DNA of 64,000 nt from Candidatus Poribacteria bacterium (GCA_963663765.2 CAXXUA010000013.1:384001-448000); one strand, 5' to 3'; numbered from the stretch's first letter, positions 30,962 to 41,328 are shown. The notes: generated by a model not told the origin, from the sequence alone. A program made the numbers and translations.

Positions 30962-31034
30962 TTGTAGGAGGGGTTTGTAAACCCGATTTGTTATGCTGGT
31001 TCTCTGAAATCGGGGTTACAAACCTCTCCCTCAA
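30962..31034. repeat. Inverted REP pair (GTAGGAGGGGTTTGTAAACCCGAT … ATCGGGGTTACAAACCTCTCC)
   Basis: Same family as the cores of the 8556/38768/45674 elements. Confidence 0.75.
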
Positions 31035-31160
31035 GAGTGTATTTCAGACGAATGAATGTCTTTGTCATAACACTTGTTTTGCTTGTAAGTTATTGGTATA
31101 AGTGTTAAAATAGTCCTCACTCTTGCAAGTATAATTATCATAAAATATAAAAGCGAAAAT

Positions 31161-32738
31161 ATGAACTTTGACCCAATAAAATTAGAATTATATAAGAATA
31201 TATTAACCTCAGTATCGGAAGAGATGGGTGTTACTTTACAACGCACTGCTTTTTCACCCAATATAAAGGAACGACTTGATTTTTCATGTGCTGTTTTTGA
31301 TTCAACTGGACAGATGATTGCGCAGGCTGCACATATACCTGTTCATCTGGGATCAATGCCGCTATCTGTATTAGCTGCTATTGAACACACCGATATGGAA
31401 CGCGGAGATATGATTATCCTAAACGATCCGTATCGTGGTGGAACACACTTGCCAGATATAACTTTAGTAGCACCTGTGTTTGGTGAAAAAACATCAAAAA
31501 TACCATCGTTTTATGTTGCAAATCGTGCGCATCATGCGGATGTCGGAGGAATGACTCCTGGTTCCATGCCCTTATCTACAAGCGTAATTCAGGAAGGTAT
31601 TCGAATTCCACCTGTAAAACTCGTTAGAAGAGGAAAATTGGACATTGATCTGTGGGAATTAATCCTTGCAAATGTGCGGACTCCAACTGAACGCAAAGGT
31701 GATATGGAGGCGCAGCTTGCAGCAAACCGAATAGGGGAACGTAGATTGCAAGAAATCGTAGCAAAATACGGTATCACTGAGATTCAAACGTATATGCAGG
31801 AACTTTGCAACTATTCCTGCAGAATGGTTCAGTCATTTTTACGTGAGATTCCTGATGGTATTTATACTTATTTTGATTTCATGGATAACGACGGTATTAC
31901 TGATAACTCAATAGAAATATGTGTTGCAATTGAAATCAATGGTGACTCCGCTGTTGTTGACTTTACGGGTACATCGGAGCAGGTGAAAGGTTCAGTAAAT
32001 GCAATTTACGCTATCACTGTCTCAGCAGTATTCTATACGTTCCGTTGTGTCGCTGGGGTTGATGTGCCATCTAATGCCGGTTGTATGGTGCCCATCAAGA
32101 TCATTGCGCCTGAGGGGAGTGTTATCAATGCAAAATTTCCATCTGCTGTTGCTGGCGGAAATGTTGAGACTTCACAACGAATAGTTGATGTGCTATTTGG
32201 GGCATTGGCAAAGGCATGTCCCGATAAGATACCTGCTGCAAGTTCTGGGACAATGAACAATATCACTGTCGGCGGATATGACAACACGCGTGGAATTGAT
32301 TTTACCTATTATGAAACGATTGCTGGTGGTATGGGGGCACGTCCCACCTGTGATGGGATTGATGCTATCCACACACACATGACAAATACGATGAACACAC
32401 CTATTGAGACAATTGAGACAAGTTATCCGATGCAAGTGGAGCAATATACAATCCGCCGTGGAAGTGGTGGTGCAGGCAAATATCAAGGCGGAGATGGTGT
32501 GGTTCGATCCATTCGTGTTCTTACTGATTCTGAGGTAACACTTCTTACAGAACGTCGCGAGTATCATCCTTATGGTTTACAAGGTGGCGATTCTGGTAAG
32601 TTAGGACGAAATGTGCTTATACGTGATGGCAAAGAACATCCGCTTGCAGGAAAAGTAACAATTGCTGCAAGTGAAGGGGATATTATACAGATTGAAACAC
32701 CTGGTGGCGGTGGTTATGGAAAAGCAAATTCACATTGA
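31161..32738 (+). CDS. Hydantoinase B / 5-oxoprolinase subunit
   Basis: SPNIKERLDFSCA, HIPVHLGSM, NDPYRGGTHLPD, HHADVGG, TPGGGGYG. Confidence 0.93.
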   Translation: MNFDPIKLELYKNILTSVSEEMGVTLQRTAFSPNIKERLDFSCAVFDSTGQMIAQAAHIPVHLGSMPLSVLAAIEHTDMERGDMIILNDPYRGGTHLPDITLVAPVFGEKTSKIPSFYVANRAHHADVGGMTPGSMPLSTSVIQEGIRIPPVKLVRRGKLDIDLWELILANVRTPTERKGDMEAQLAANRIGERRLQEIVAKYGITEIQTYMQELCNYSCRMVQSFLREIPDGIYTYFDFMDNDGITDNSIEICVAIEINGDSAVVDFTGTSEQVKGSVNAIYAITVSAVFYTFRCVAGVDVPSNAGCMVPIKIIAPEGSVINAKFPSAVAGGNVETSQRIVDVLFGALAKACPDKIPAASSGTMNNITVGGYDNTRGIDFTYYETIAGGMGARPTCDGIDAIHTHMTNTMNTPIETIETSYPMQVEQYTIRRGSGGAGKYQGGDGVVRSIRVLTDSEVTLLTERREYHPYGLQGGDSGKLGRNVLIRDGKEHPLAGKVTIAASEGDIIQIETPGGGGYGKANSH

Positions 32739-32756
32739 ATATTAAGTTCTTACTCG

Positions 32757-33304
32757 CTATGAGTTCTTTCTATAATGCACTATAATAAAGGCTAATGCTA
32801 CAACAATTGCAGCAAATACTATAACAGAAGGGATAACAAATGACCACAAGACAAAACTGTACTTCTTAAAAATGAGATGATATTTTCTTTTTTTCTCATT
32901 ATGATTCGGTCATATATTTCACCACCTGCTGCGACAACCTTAGATTTACCGAACCTTTCTCCATAACCATCTTTAGCATAATTCATGAAGTAACGTCCAG
33001 CCTTCAGATTAGTCTTTTCATAAGCCCCTTTATTATCAGTTGTCACAGTATATGTTTTTTCGTCAACACTACGGACAATTGTAACCGTTACACCCTCAAT
33101 AGGATTCTTTTCTGCGGAACTATCAAAAACATGTCCACTAATTTTTGCACCGTCGCTAAGGATTTCTGTATCTGAAGCATCTTCAGCTCCAACAGGTAGC
33201 TTAGGAACATTTGATGCATCCGACGCATCTTCCTGTGCCACAACAATACCGAAAGACATAAACATACAAGAGACTAACATTACAATCAAACTTAATTGGT
33301 TCAT
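32757..33304 (-). pseudogene. Secreted carboxypeptidase-regulatory-like (SdrD-B type) domain protein; frameshift near 32870 cuts off a C-terminal TM anchor
   Basis: Signal peptide; ISGHVFD…PIEGVTVTI…TTDNKGAY…GY; adding one T at 32868-32872 extends the ORF to KKYSFVLWSFVIPSVIVFAAIVVALAFIIVHYRKNS*. Confidence 0.65.
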
Positions 33305-33317
33305 TTCTTCTGATTAT

Positions 33318-33492
33318 CAATCCCCACGACAAGACCCCTGCCTTTAGGTAGTGGGATGTAGTCGTGCTAAGTGTTTGTGTCAAGAAAAAACTTGACTTTT
33401 TGTTTGAACCGTGCTAAAATCATTAGAACGGTTTGAGTTGTTTCCAATGTAAGTTCTAAGAACCCCCATGCTTTAGCTTGGGGTGTATGTCA
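33318..33492 (+). mobile_element. Non-autonomous IS200/IS605-family mini-element (left and right ends only, no tnpA/tnpB)
   Basis: Left hairpin AAGACCCCTGCCTTTAGGTAGTGGG; right end AAGAACCCCCATGCTTTAGCTTGGGGTGTATGTCA; left boundary approximate. Confidence 0.72.
33392..33420 (+). promoter_or_regulatory. Putative sigma70 promoter inside the mini-element
   Basis: TTGACT-17 nt-TAAAAT with extended -10 TG; GTCAAG/CTTGAC inverted repeat overlaps the -35. Confidence 0.6.
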
Positions 33493-33501
33493 GCCTTTAA
33501 G

Positions 33502-33855
33502 TATTATACCATTTCTAATATATCCTATCTCATTATGGAATTCACCTGTTATTGCTGATTGGAAGTCCTCTCTTCGGTAGGAGCGACCTCCCGGTCACGA
33601 TCGGGAGGTCGCTCCTACCATATTCCGCAGTTAATGAGAATTGTCAATTAGAAATGGTATTATATACTAACCCATGTCGGAAATAAATATTTCTTACACG
33701 GTAGGCGTGCTTTGTAAGCGCGCTGTTTGGACTTAGTGTGCCAGCGCGATTACAAACCACCAAATCAACGGTATGAATGCCATTAAGGCATTCCCCGCCT
33801 ACAAGGTTGGGTTGGATAGAATTACCTCATTTATTTATTAATCTTCATACAGTTT
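33502..33855. repeat. Cluster of MITE/REP elements
   Basis: ATACCATTTCTAAT/ATTAGAAATGGTAT inverted ends around a GTAGGAGCGACC…GGTCGCTCCTACC palindrome; then a GTAGGCGTGCTTTGTAA…TTACAAA palindrome shared with 45468-45530. Confidence 0.7.
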
Positions 33856-34003
33856 GTGCTACAAATACTACCGAAAAGTGTATTATACTCTATAAAAAAC
33901 GGTGTTTATTCGTCTAAACCTTATAGGTAGCAACTTGCGTTATACTATATTTTGGACAGGATGAGAATTGTCCACACTATAGTTCAATATGTAGGTTAAC
34001 TGC

Positions 34004-34459
34004 CTAAGCAATCCGACGTAAAAAAGCTGATAGGAAAATTATAATCAAAGCAAAAAATATCAACATGTTCAGCAATGGTGAAGGTTTTTTTTGAACTGGT
34101 TCAAACACAGGATATGGGAACGTCAGTATAATCGCAAAGGTATATATCACAAAAACAAGAAAGAATTTTACACCAAGAACGAGTATATAGAGTGAATAAT
34201 CGGAGATAATGGATTCTAAGTTCGGATTGCGAGCTGTTCTGAAGAAGGTGATAACGTTATAAAGACCTGATAGAAGTACAGATAAGAGTGCACCCCAGAC
34301 TATCCCACTAAAACGCCTCAATGCAGATGAAATTAGCGTATCAGAATCTTTTCGTCGTTTAGCAATTGGAATGAGGACAACGCGGAAGAAGAAGAATCCC
34401 CCAATCATCAAGACAACGGAACCAACATGTATCCATTGTATCAGTGGTTTCAACAACAT
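34004..34459 (-). CDS. CopD-like 4-TM membrane protein
   Basis: QWIHV…GG, SGLYN, LGVKF; four hydrophobic segments. Confidence 0.65.
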   Translation of the reverse strand: MLLKPLIQWIHVGSVVLMIGGFFFFRVVLIPIAKRRKDSDTLISSALRRFSGIVWGALLSVLLSGLYNVITFFRTARNPNLESIISDYSLYILVLGVKFFLVFVIYTFAIILTFPYPVFEPVQKKPSPLLNMLIFFALIIIFLSAFLRRIA

Positions 34460-34558
34460 TATCAGATACTAATGACCAACATTGTAATTATCAGATGTCG
34501 GTATACACCTGTCAAATCTCACGTAGTAAACCGTCAACTGCTAACTATGTTTATATAT

Positions 34559-34798
34559 TTATACAACCGGTTTTCCACCAATTGGACTGAAACAGGAACG
34601 TGACTGTTTGCATGCGTTTGGTGATACAAAATCATCATCTGGACCGACAACCTGCATCGTGCAGTTGCACCAATAATGTGTCGCCGGGTTCTCAACAACA
34701 AGGTTTTGTAAGTTTCCACCGGGAATATAGATCGCCTTTGTCCGTAAGTTCTGACAAATTGGACGGTTAATAATTGGAAGTGTCTTACCTTCTAACAT
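34559..34798 (-). CDS. Small Cys-rich protein at the end of the molybdoenzyme operon
   Basis: GGGAGG RBS, starts 13 nt after the FAD subunit stop; C..LRTK…YWC..T….GPD…C…R.CF. Confidence 0.7.
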   Translation of the reverse strand: MLEGKTLPIINRPICQNLRTKAIYIPGGNLQNLVVENPATHYWCNCTMQVVGPDDDFVSPNACKQSRSCFSPIGGKPVV

Positions 34799-34811
34799 TT
34801 TTATCCTCCCT

Positions 34812-35792
34812 TTAACTTACTGCCAGCATGACTGCACGACTGATAAGATTCTGTGTGAGTGTCACCTTATATTCGTTATCTGTTAATGGTTGTGCGTTCT
34901 TGACTGCTTCAGTTCCTGCTTTCATGCTGATTGAGTCGTCAATTGCCTTACCCGTTAGAACGGTTTCCGCTTCAGTAGAACGCCAGGGTGCAGGAGCAAC
35001 TCCCCCGAGAACAACGTTAGCAGATTGACAAGTTTTCCCATTCATCTCAAAGACACCAGCGACACTCGCTAATGCAAAGTCAGGTGCGCCTTTCTCGCGT
35101 GCTTTTAGATAGAGGCTCTTAGTGTTTGGCTTCGGTTTTGGTATCTCAACTTCAACAACGATTTCATTCGGTTCCAACACGTTCTCGCGAAACGGATTTG
35201 CTGAGGGTAAGGTAAAGAATTCCTCAACTTTCATGGTGTTGTCACCCTCAGGACCAGTAATCTTGATTGTAGCGTTGAGTGCGATCAATGCAGGGGCAAT
35301 GTCTGATGGATGAACAATATAGACCGGATCTCCACCAAAGATGGCATGATATTTACTTAATCCATCAACTGCATAGCAGATGTCTCCACCCTTCTTAAGA
35401 CAACTGACGGTTTCATCACGGTAATACCAGCACCGCGGACGTTGGCATAAATTTCCACCGAGTGTACCAACGTTCCTAATTTGTGGTGTAGCAACAGATG
35501 AAGCCGCCTGAGCAAGCGCGGTATAGTGCTTTTGAATCGTTGGATGCATGGCAATTTCAGCGACTGTGGTCAATGCTCCAATTTTTAGACCCGAAGTGTC
35601 GCTTGAGATATTATCCATACCGGGTAAAGCCTTGAGATTAATTAGTGTTTTTGGTGTTTCAATGTATTCCTTGAGTTCACTGAGCAGATCAGTTCCCCCA
35701 GCAATAAGCATAACTTCACCCCATTCGCTATCACTCAGCAGTGAGGTAACCTGTTTCAGACTGGTCGCATTGACATAACTAAACTTATCCAT
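34812..35792 (-). CDS. Xanthine dehydrogenase-family FAD-binding subunit (PaoB/YagS-like, with 4Fe-4S insert)
   Basis: IAGGTDL, PQIRNVGTLGGNLCQRPRCWYYR…C.KKGG..C, HPSD. Confidence 0.92.
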   Translation of the reverse strand: MDKFSYVNATSLKQVTSLLSDSEWGEVMLIAGGTDLLSELKEYIETPKTLINLKALPGMDNISSDTSGLKIGALTTVAEIAMHPTIQKHYTALAQAASSVATPQIRNVGTLGGNLCQRPRCWYYRDETVSCLKKGGDICYAVDGLSKYHAIFGGDPVYIVHPSDIAPALIALNATIKITGPEGDNTMKVEEFFTLPSANPFRENVLEPNEIVVEVEIPKPKPNTKSLYLKAREKGAPDFALASVAGVFEMNGKTCQSANVVLGGVAPAPWRSTEAETVLTGKAIDDSISMKAGTEAVKNAQPLTDNEYKVTLTQNLISRAVMLAVS

Positions 35793-35803
35793 TGTCTACC
35801 TCC

Positions 35804-37924
35804 TTATGCTTTCTTTTCAGCAAGTGCAGTTAAGACTTTATCAGGTGTGATAGGTAGTTCGCGAATACGAACACCGATTGCGTTGTACACTGCATTTGCG
35901 ATTGCACCAAGTGTAGGAATACAAGGTGGTTCTCCGACACCTGTAACCTTACGGTGTGTATCAAACACGATTGATTTGATTTCAGGTATCTCATAGGTCC
36001 CAGGTACTTTGTAATCCTCAAGATTGGCATTGAGCATACGTCCTGTTATCGGGTCCATAATTCGTTCTTCAAGTAGCGTCTGACCTAAACCCATAATAAC
36101 ACCACCGTTGATCTGGCTTTCGGTTGTTAATCTATTGATTGCTAATCCACAGTCTTGTACTGCGACAATCTTTAGCACTTTAACATGACCTGTTTGTGTA
36201 TCCACTTCAACTTCAGCGAATTGTGTTCCTGCAACACCACCTTGTCGTAGTTCTTGGTCCCAATTTCCAGTCTTAGTGATACTTTCCATTCCGAGTGCGC
36301 CAGCTGCCTGTTTCCAACTGATTGTTTTTGTTCGGTCAGATGCATCATAGATCGTTCCTCTTCCGATGCGTAAATCATCAACAGGTGTTTGCAGTAAAGG
36401 TGCAATGATTTTAAACAGCTCCAGTTTTGCTGCTTCAGCAGCAGTTTTGATCACGGGTGCTACGGAAGCGGTTGTCTGACTACCTCCACTGCCGCCAGAG
36501 GGAAGTCCGGGACCACTATCACCAATCTGTACAGAAATATCGGTTGGTTCAAGTCCAAATTCTTCCGCGACGATGATTGCAATTGCAGTCCGAATACCAG
36601 TGCCAATGTCTTGTGTACCAGTGACGGCTTCCACCGTACCATCGGGATTTATGGTAACACGTGCTTGCGTACCCCTGCCGCCACCGCCGCCCCATTGACC
36701 ACTACCGACACCCATACCCCGTTTTTTTTCATCAGTACCAGAACCGGGGACGTTGTTTCGTCTGTGCCACCCGATTTCTTGTGCCCCAAGGGTATATTGC
36801 GCTTGTCGCACTTCACTGGAGTCATTGATTCGTCTAAACTCAAGTGGATTCATTCCAAGTTTTTCAGCGAGTTCGTCCATCAACGAATCCATTGCAAAAG
36901 CACCTTGTGGATGTCCGGGTGCTCGCATTGCACGTTGGTTACCTGCATTGGTTGCCACGTTGAATCTTTCAGTTCTTCGGTTTTCCACATGATATACATA
37001 AGGTGCTTGAAATCCTGCTCCGCTTGAAATCCCACCCGTTCCATATCCCCGCATATCATAAGCAATTAAGCGACCGTCCTTTGTTGCACCTGCCTTTACA
37101 TGCTGTGTCATTGAAGGTCTATTACCAGCAACGAGATGCTCAGCCTTCCGAGTCAACATTAGTTTTACAGGTCTTTTGGTCATTTTTGCTAATTGCGCTG
37201 CGGTGTGTCCTTCTACACCTGGACCGAATTTACTACCGAAGCCACCTCCCATGTGTTCTGTAATAACTCTGACTTGGTTCGCCGGTAGTTCAAAACGTCT
37301 TGAAAGGTCGTTACGCACACCAAAAACCGCTTGTGTTGAAGCCCACACAGTCAGAAAATCATCTCCTCTCCATTCAGCGACATGTCCGTGTGTTTCCAAA
37401 CATACATGTGTTTGTACAGGTGTGTGATAAGTAGCTTCAACAGTTACCGCTGCCTCAGAAAATCCTGCGACTACATCACCTTTTTCATTTATACTTGGAT
37501 TGCTTTTGTTTCCTTGCCAATCATCCCGTATCTGCGGTGCTTCCTCAGCCAATGCATCAGATTCTGTTACCACAAAGGGTTGTTCTTCTAAATCTATATA
37601 TATCAACCTAAGTGCATCTTTCGCTATATCGTCTGTTTCAGCAGCGACAGCAGCGATCTCCTGACCTTGATAACGGAGTTTCCTTCCAACTTCAGTGAGT
37701 GGTATTACTGCATGTACACCCGGCAGTGCTTCTGCACGACTCAAATCCAACTCCAGCACTACTGCATGGGCAACTTCAGAACGTAGAATACGAGCATATA
37801 ACAATCCTGGTCGATTTATGTCATAAGTATACTTTGCTTTTCCTGTAACTTTCTCCTTACCGGACAAACGTGTAATCCGCTTACCAATAAGTCGAGATTG
37901 ACTTGCTTCTCCCCATGTTGCCAT
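35804..37924 (-). CDS. Xanthine dehydrogenase-family molybdopterin-binding subunit (PaoC/YagR-like)
   Basis: KVTGKAKY, MGGGFGSK, MRAPG, QDIGTG, GVGEPP. Confidence 0.93.
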   Translation of the reverse strand: MATWGEASQSRLIGKRITRLSGKEKVTGKAKYTYDINRPGLLYARILRSEVAHAVVLELDLSRAEALPGVHAVIPLTEVGRKLRYQGQEIAAVAAETDDIAKDALRLIYIDLEEQPFVVTESDALAEEAPQIRDDWQGNKSNPSINEKGDVVAGFSEAAVTVEATYHTPVQTHVCLETHGHVAEWRGDDFLTVWASTQAVFGVRNDLSRRFELPANQVRVITEHMGGGFGSKFGPGVEGHTAAQLAKMTKRPVKLMLTRKAEHLVAGNRPSMTQHVKAGATKDGRLIAYDMRGYGTGGISSGAGFQAPYVYHVENRRTERFNVATNAGNQRAMRAPGHPQGAFAMDSLMDELAEKLGMNPLEFRRINDSSEVRQAQYTLGAQEIGWHRRNNVPGSGTDEKKRGMGVGSGQWGGGGGRGTQARVTINPDGTVEAVTGTQDIGTGIRTAIAIIVAEEFGLEPTDISVQIGDSGPGLPSGGSGGSQTTASVAPVIKTAAEAAKLELFKIIAPLLQTPVDDLRIGRGTIYDASDRTKTISWKQAAGALGMESITKTGNWDQELRQGGVAGTQFAEVEVDTQTGHVKVLKIVAVQDCGLAINRLTTESQINGGVIMGLGQTLLEERIMDPITGRMLNANLEDYKVPGTYEIPEIKSIVFDTHRKVTGVGEPPCIPTLGAIANAVYNAIGVRIRELPITPDKVLTALAEKKA

Positions 37925-37987
37925 CTGTTTCTCCTTTTCTTTTCAAAACACATCCATACTGTCTAACTGATAGGGTAGTTGCTATAA

Positions 37988-38623
37988 TTATAACTTCTGT
38001 GCTGCAGTTTCGACTGCGTCAAATATAAACGGGTAAGTACCACACCGACAAGTATTGCCTGATAAACCATCCTTAATTTCTTCAAGTGTTGGTTTCTTAT
38101 TTTCGTTCAAGAGTGCTACCGAGGTTACGATGAATCCAGGTGTGCAGAACCCACACATCATTGCATCATGTTTGATAAATGCCTCTTGTACTGGATGTAG
38201 TGTTTCACCATCTGCAATACCTTCCACAGTTGTAATCTGCTTTCCTTGTGCATCCAATGCCAGCATCATACATGCATATACAGGTTTACCCTCAACTAAG
38301 ACAGTACATCCCCCACATTCTCCTCTGTCACAGATAAGTTTCGCTCCTGTTAAATCAACATTATTTCCATTGGTATCAATTCCATCACGTAATACTGACA
38401 ACAATGTGGTACGAGCTTCTACATCAATTGTGTATTTCTGTTCATTGATGGACAATTGAATTTGTGCTGTAGAGATTGCTTCGTCAGTTTGTGCTTCTAC
38501 TGTTTCGGCATCACCGACCAAAATTGCGGGTGCAACTGTTGCAGCGACGGTTCCTGTGCCGACTCCCTTCAAAAAACTACGGCGCGAGATATTCGTGCTC
38601 TCTTTTTTCTCCTTATCCGACAT
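37988..38623 (-). CDS. 2x[2Fe-2S] subunit with Tat signal (PaoA/YagT-like)
   Basis: SRRSFLK; CDRGECGGCT, CGFCTPG, CRC. Confidence 0.93.
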   Translation of the reverse strand: MSDKEKKESTNISRRSFLKGVGTGTVAATVAPAILVGDAETVEAQTDEAISTAQIQLSINEQKYTIDVEARTTLLSVLRDGIDTNGNNVDLTGAKLICDRGECGGCTVLVEGKPVYACMMLALDAQGKQITTVEGIADGETLHPVQEAFIKHDAMMCGFCTPGFIVTSVALLNENKKPTLEEIKDGLSGNTCRCGTYPFIFDAVETAAQKL

Positions 38624-38767
38624 TCCTTCCCTCCTTTAGCAATAGGGTCCCATATAAAAATAATGAAATAAGTTCTATCATTTCTTGGTAAATTTTATCA
38701 AGTATCTTAATTTTTGTCAACTGAAATTGGTGTATATCCCAGAGGTAATCAATTGTTTGATATGGAC

Positions 38768-38905
38768 TCTTGTTGGAGGCGTTTGTAACCCCGATCTGAG
38801 AGGAAAAGCAGATAAAATCCAAATCAACGTCAGAAGCGCGTTGACTTCTATCGGGGTTGCAAACGCCTCCCACAAGAGGTCAAAATCCTTAAATTGAAGC
38901 TTATG
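38768..38905. mobile_element. Partial copy of the GGCGTCAATTTAAG-ended MITE
   Basis: Highly similar to 8589-8721; only the right end is recognisable. Confidence 0.75.
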
Positions 38906-39050
38906 GTGCGGATAGATGAAGATTAATTTATTAATTCGGTAATAAATATTTCTCTCACGGTTGGCTTGGAATGTCCCTATTTAGTCCCGACAAATGCCAA
39001 ACGCGCATTCGACACCTATCTTTTTGCGTAAGTCCTGAATATATACAAGT

Positions 39051-40469
39051 CTATGCAGGTATCGGTCGATAAGGGTCAATGAATGCGTTGTTTTGATCTT
39101 TCTTTCGTGGTGGCGGTAAAGCATCTACTTTCGCTTTAAGCTTTGCAAGTGCATCTGCATAATTAGGATCATCAATCAGGTTGTTCCATTCATCTGGGTC
39201 ATTAGACAAATCAAAGAGTTGTTCTGGCCATCCCTTATTGTTTTTGAAGCGGATATACTTCATGCTTCCTTCTTTGACCATTACAGATGGACCATTCTGA
39301 GCACTCCATAATTCACTATAGACCGTATCATCCCATGTATCTGCTTTTCCTTCAATAAGTGGAACAAGACTATTACCATCCAGTTCTTCAGGTGCAGGAA
39401 CTTCTGCTAACTCACATAATGTTGGAAACAGATCCACTAAGGACACATTCTCATGGATTATTTTCTGTTCTCTACCAAACTTCTCTGGATACCAGATTGA
39501 AAATGGCACACGTGCGGAGGGTTCAAAATAACTCTGTTTCTCCCAAAGTCCCTTAGTGCCAAGCATCTCCCCGTGATCAGAAAGAAAGACAACAACAAAA
39601 TCTTCAAGTACATTCAGATGGTCCAATTTCTCTATCACACGACCAAATTGTGCATCCAACCACTCAATCATACCATAATATGCAGCAGTAGCACGGTGAG
39701 CTTGTCTGTAAGTAACGTCCTTGCCAACCTTGACTCTAAAAAAGTTGTTGTATTCAAACTTTTCGTTTGGTTCTTCAATAATCGGTTCAACACGCTGCAT
39801 GTAATAGTTGAATAAATCCAGTGGACACTGATATGGATAATGTGGTGCTATTAGACTTACTGCAAGACAGAGAGGACTTGCCTTGGGTCGATCATAAGAG
39901 GCATTGACAAAGTATTCCTCAAGAAACAGAACTGCCCCGTCTACATTGTATTGATCATGTAGCATCCAATGCCCAATTCCGGGTTGTGCATCGCGTATCT
40001 CTTGTGCTGTCTTATCCCGTTTCATTCCAGTGCCTGGTTCGCGTTCAATCTGAGCGGTATGTTTATCCTTTACAGCGCGATACGGATAACCATTATTACC
40101 GATAATATCGCGTCCGATACGTTCGTACCACCCATGCATGACATCCGTACCAACAAAGTGCATTTTACCTGCACAACATGAATAGTATCCGTAGTTTCCA
40201 AGATGCCCTGGAATGGTTCGGACTTCAGTCGGCATAGGATCACCAAAGTTTAGACAACCGGAGTTGCGTGGATAGAGACCCGAAAGGAAACTTTGCCTCG
40301 CTGGAACACAGACAGGTGAAGGTGTATACGCATTACGGAAGTAGACACCCTCATCCATAAATCGAGACAGGTATGGTGTGCGAATAGCAGTATCGCCCTC
40401 AATCGGCAGGACATCGGGACGGTGTTCATCGTTTAAAAGCAATAAGATATGTGGTTTTTTGTCTGGCAT
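39051..40469 (-). CDS. Sulfatase (choline-sulfatase-like)
   Basis: CVPARQSFLSG (CxPxR), GKMHF, PHYP, SDHGEMLG, VDLFPT. Confidence 0.9.
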   Translation of the reverse strand: MPDKKPHILLLLNDEHRPDVLPIEGDTAIRTPYLSRFMDEGVYFRNAYTPSPVCVPARQSFLSGLYPRNSGCLNFGDPMPTEVRTIPGHLGNYGYYSCCAGKMHFVGTDVMHGWYERIGRDIIGNNGYPYRAVKDKHTAQIEREPGTGMKRDKTAQEIRDAQPGIGHWMLHDQYNVDGAVLFLEEYFVNASYDRPKASPLCLAVSLIAPHYPYQCPLDLFNYYMQRVEPIIEEPNEKFEYNNFFRVKVGKDVTYRQAHRATAAYYGMIEWLDAQFGRVIEKLDHLNVLEDFVVVFLSDHGEMLGTKGLWEKQSYFEPSARVPFSIWYPEKFGREQKIIHENVSLVDLFPTLCELAEVPAPEELDGNSLVPLIEGKADTWDDTVYSELWSAQNGPSVMVKEGSMKYIRFKNNKGWPEQLFDLSNDPDEWNNLIDDPNYADALAKLKAKVDALPPPRKKDQNNAFIDPYRPIPA

Positions 40470-40533
40470 AGTAGTTAATATATGAGAAGTGAATCAATTC
40501 CTTATGTTAAAATTGTCTTATGTAATGATGTTT

Positions 40534-41292
40534 TTAGTAAGGTGACATTATTCCTTCTGTCCCTGGTATCTGTTTTCTTTCAAATTCTGGACTAATCCAC
40601 CTTTTGCCTGGGTTTTTCCCCGGTTTATAATACCCAAAAACAACTGTCCATCTGGTATCACTATTTTGTTTCCTTGGTGTTACTCCGTGGGCAGCATGCG
40701 TCCACATCAATACGACCGTTCCTGGTGGCGCTGACATATTCTGAATATTTAAAGGCATTCCAGTTTCAGGATGCGTTTTGCTTTTCATCCATCCCTTGCG
40801 CAAATCCTCATCAGTTCGACACTGTATTTTGGGATCACGGTAAAGATGGCTACCGGGAACCACCTTCAAACCACCATCATCCGCGTCAAATCCGTTGACG
40901 TAGAAGAAGATACGGACATAGCCGTAGCGAGGGTCATCTTCAGAGTAGCCGTGACTGTGCCATCCAATACCTCCATTGCCACCAGAACGATTGAGACTCA
41001 CACAGTGATCGTATCGGATTTCTTCACCAAGCACTTCACGCGCAAGTTTGAGCATTTGCGGGTGACCAATCAGGCTTTCAAGATAACAATCATACTCCGC
41101 AGCAAATCGATTAGGTTCATAGCCTTGTTTACCTGTTGGTAGCAGGGATTCAATGTGAACCAATGAATCTGTTAATCGCTTTCGCGCATCAGCAGTCAGG
41201 AGACCGGGAATCACAAAATGACCGTCATGATCCATCTCTTTTTGTTCTATATCGCTGAAGGTGTATTCATGAAAAATCAGGTCTTGAGACAT
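40534..41292 (-). CDS. Phytanoyl-CoA dioxygenase (PhyH)-family protein
   Basis: IGWHSH, GGLKVVPGSH, WTHAAH, RW. Confidence 0.85.
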   Translation of the reverse strand: MSQDLIFHEYTFSDIEQKEMDHDGHFVIPGLLTADARKRLTDSLVHIESLLPTGKQGYEPNRFAAEYDCYLESLIGHPQMLKLAREVLGEEIRYDHCVSLNRSGGNGGIGWHSHGYSEDDPRYGYVRIFFYVNGFDADDGGLKVVPGSHLYRDPKIQCRTDEDLRKGWMKSKTHPETGMPLNIQNMSAPPGTVVLMWTHAAHGVTPRKQNSDTRWTVVFGYYKPGKNPGKRWISPEFERKQIPGTEGIMSPY

Positions 41293-41328
41293 AAGATCCC
41301 TTAAGTTTACAATTTTGTCACTACTATC

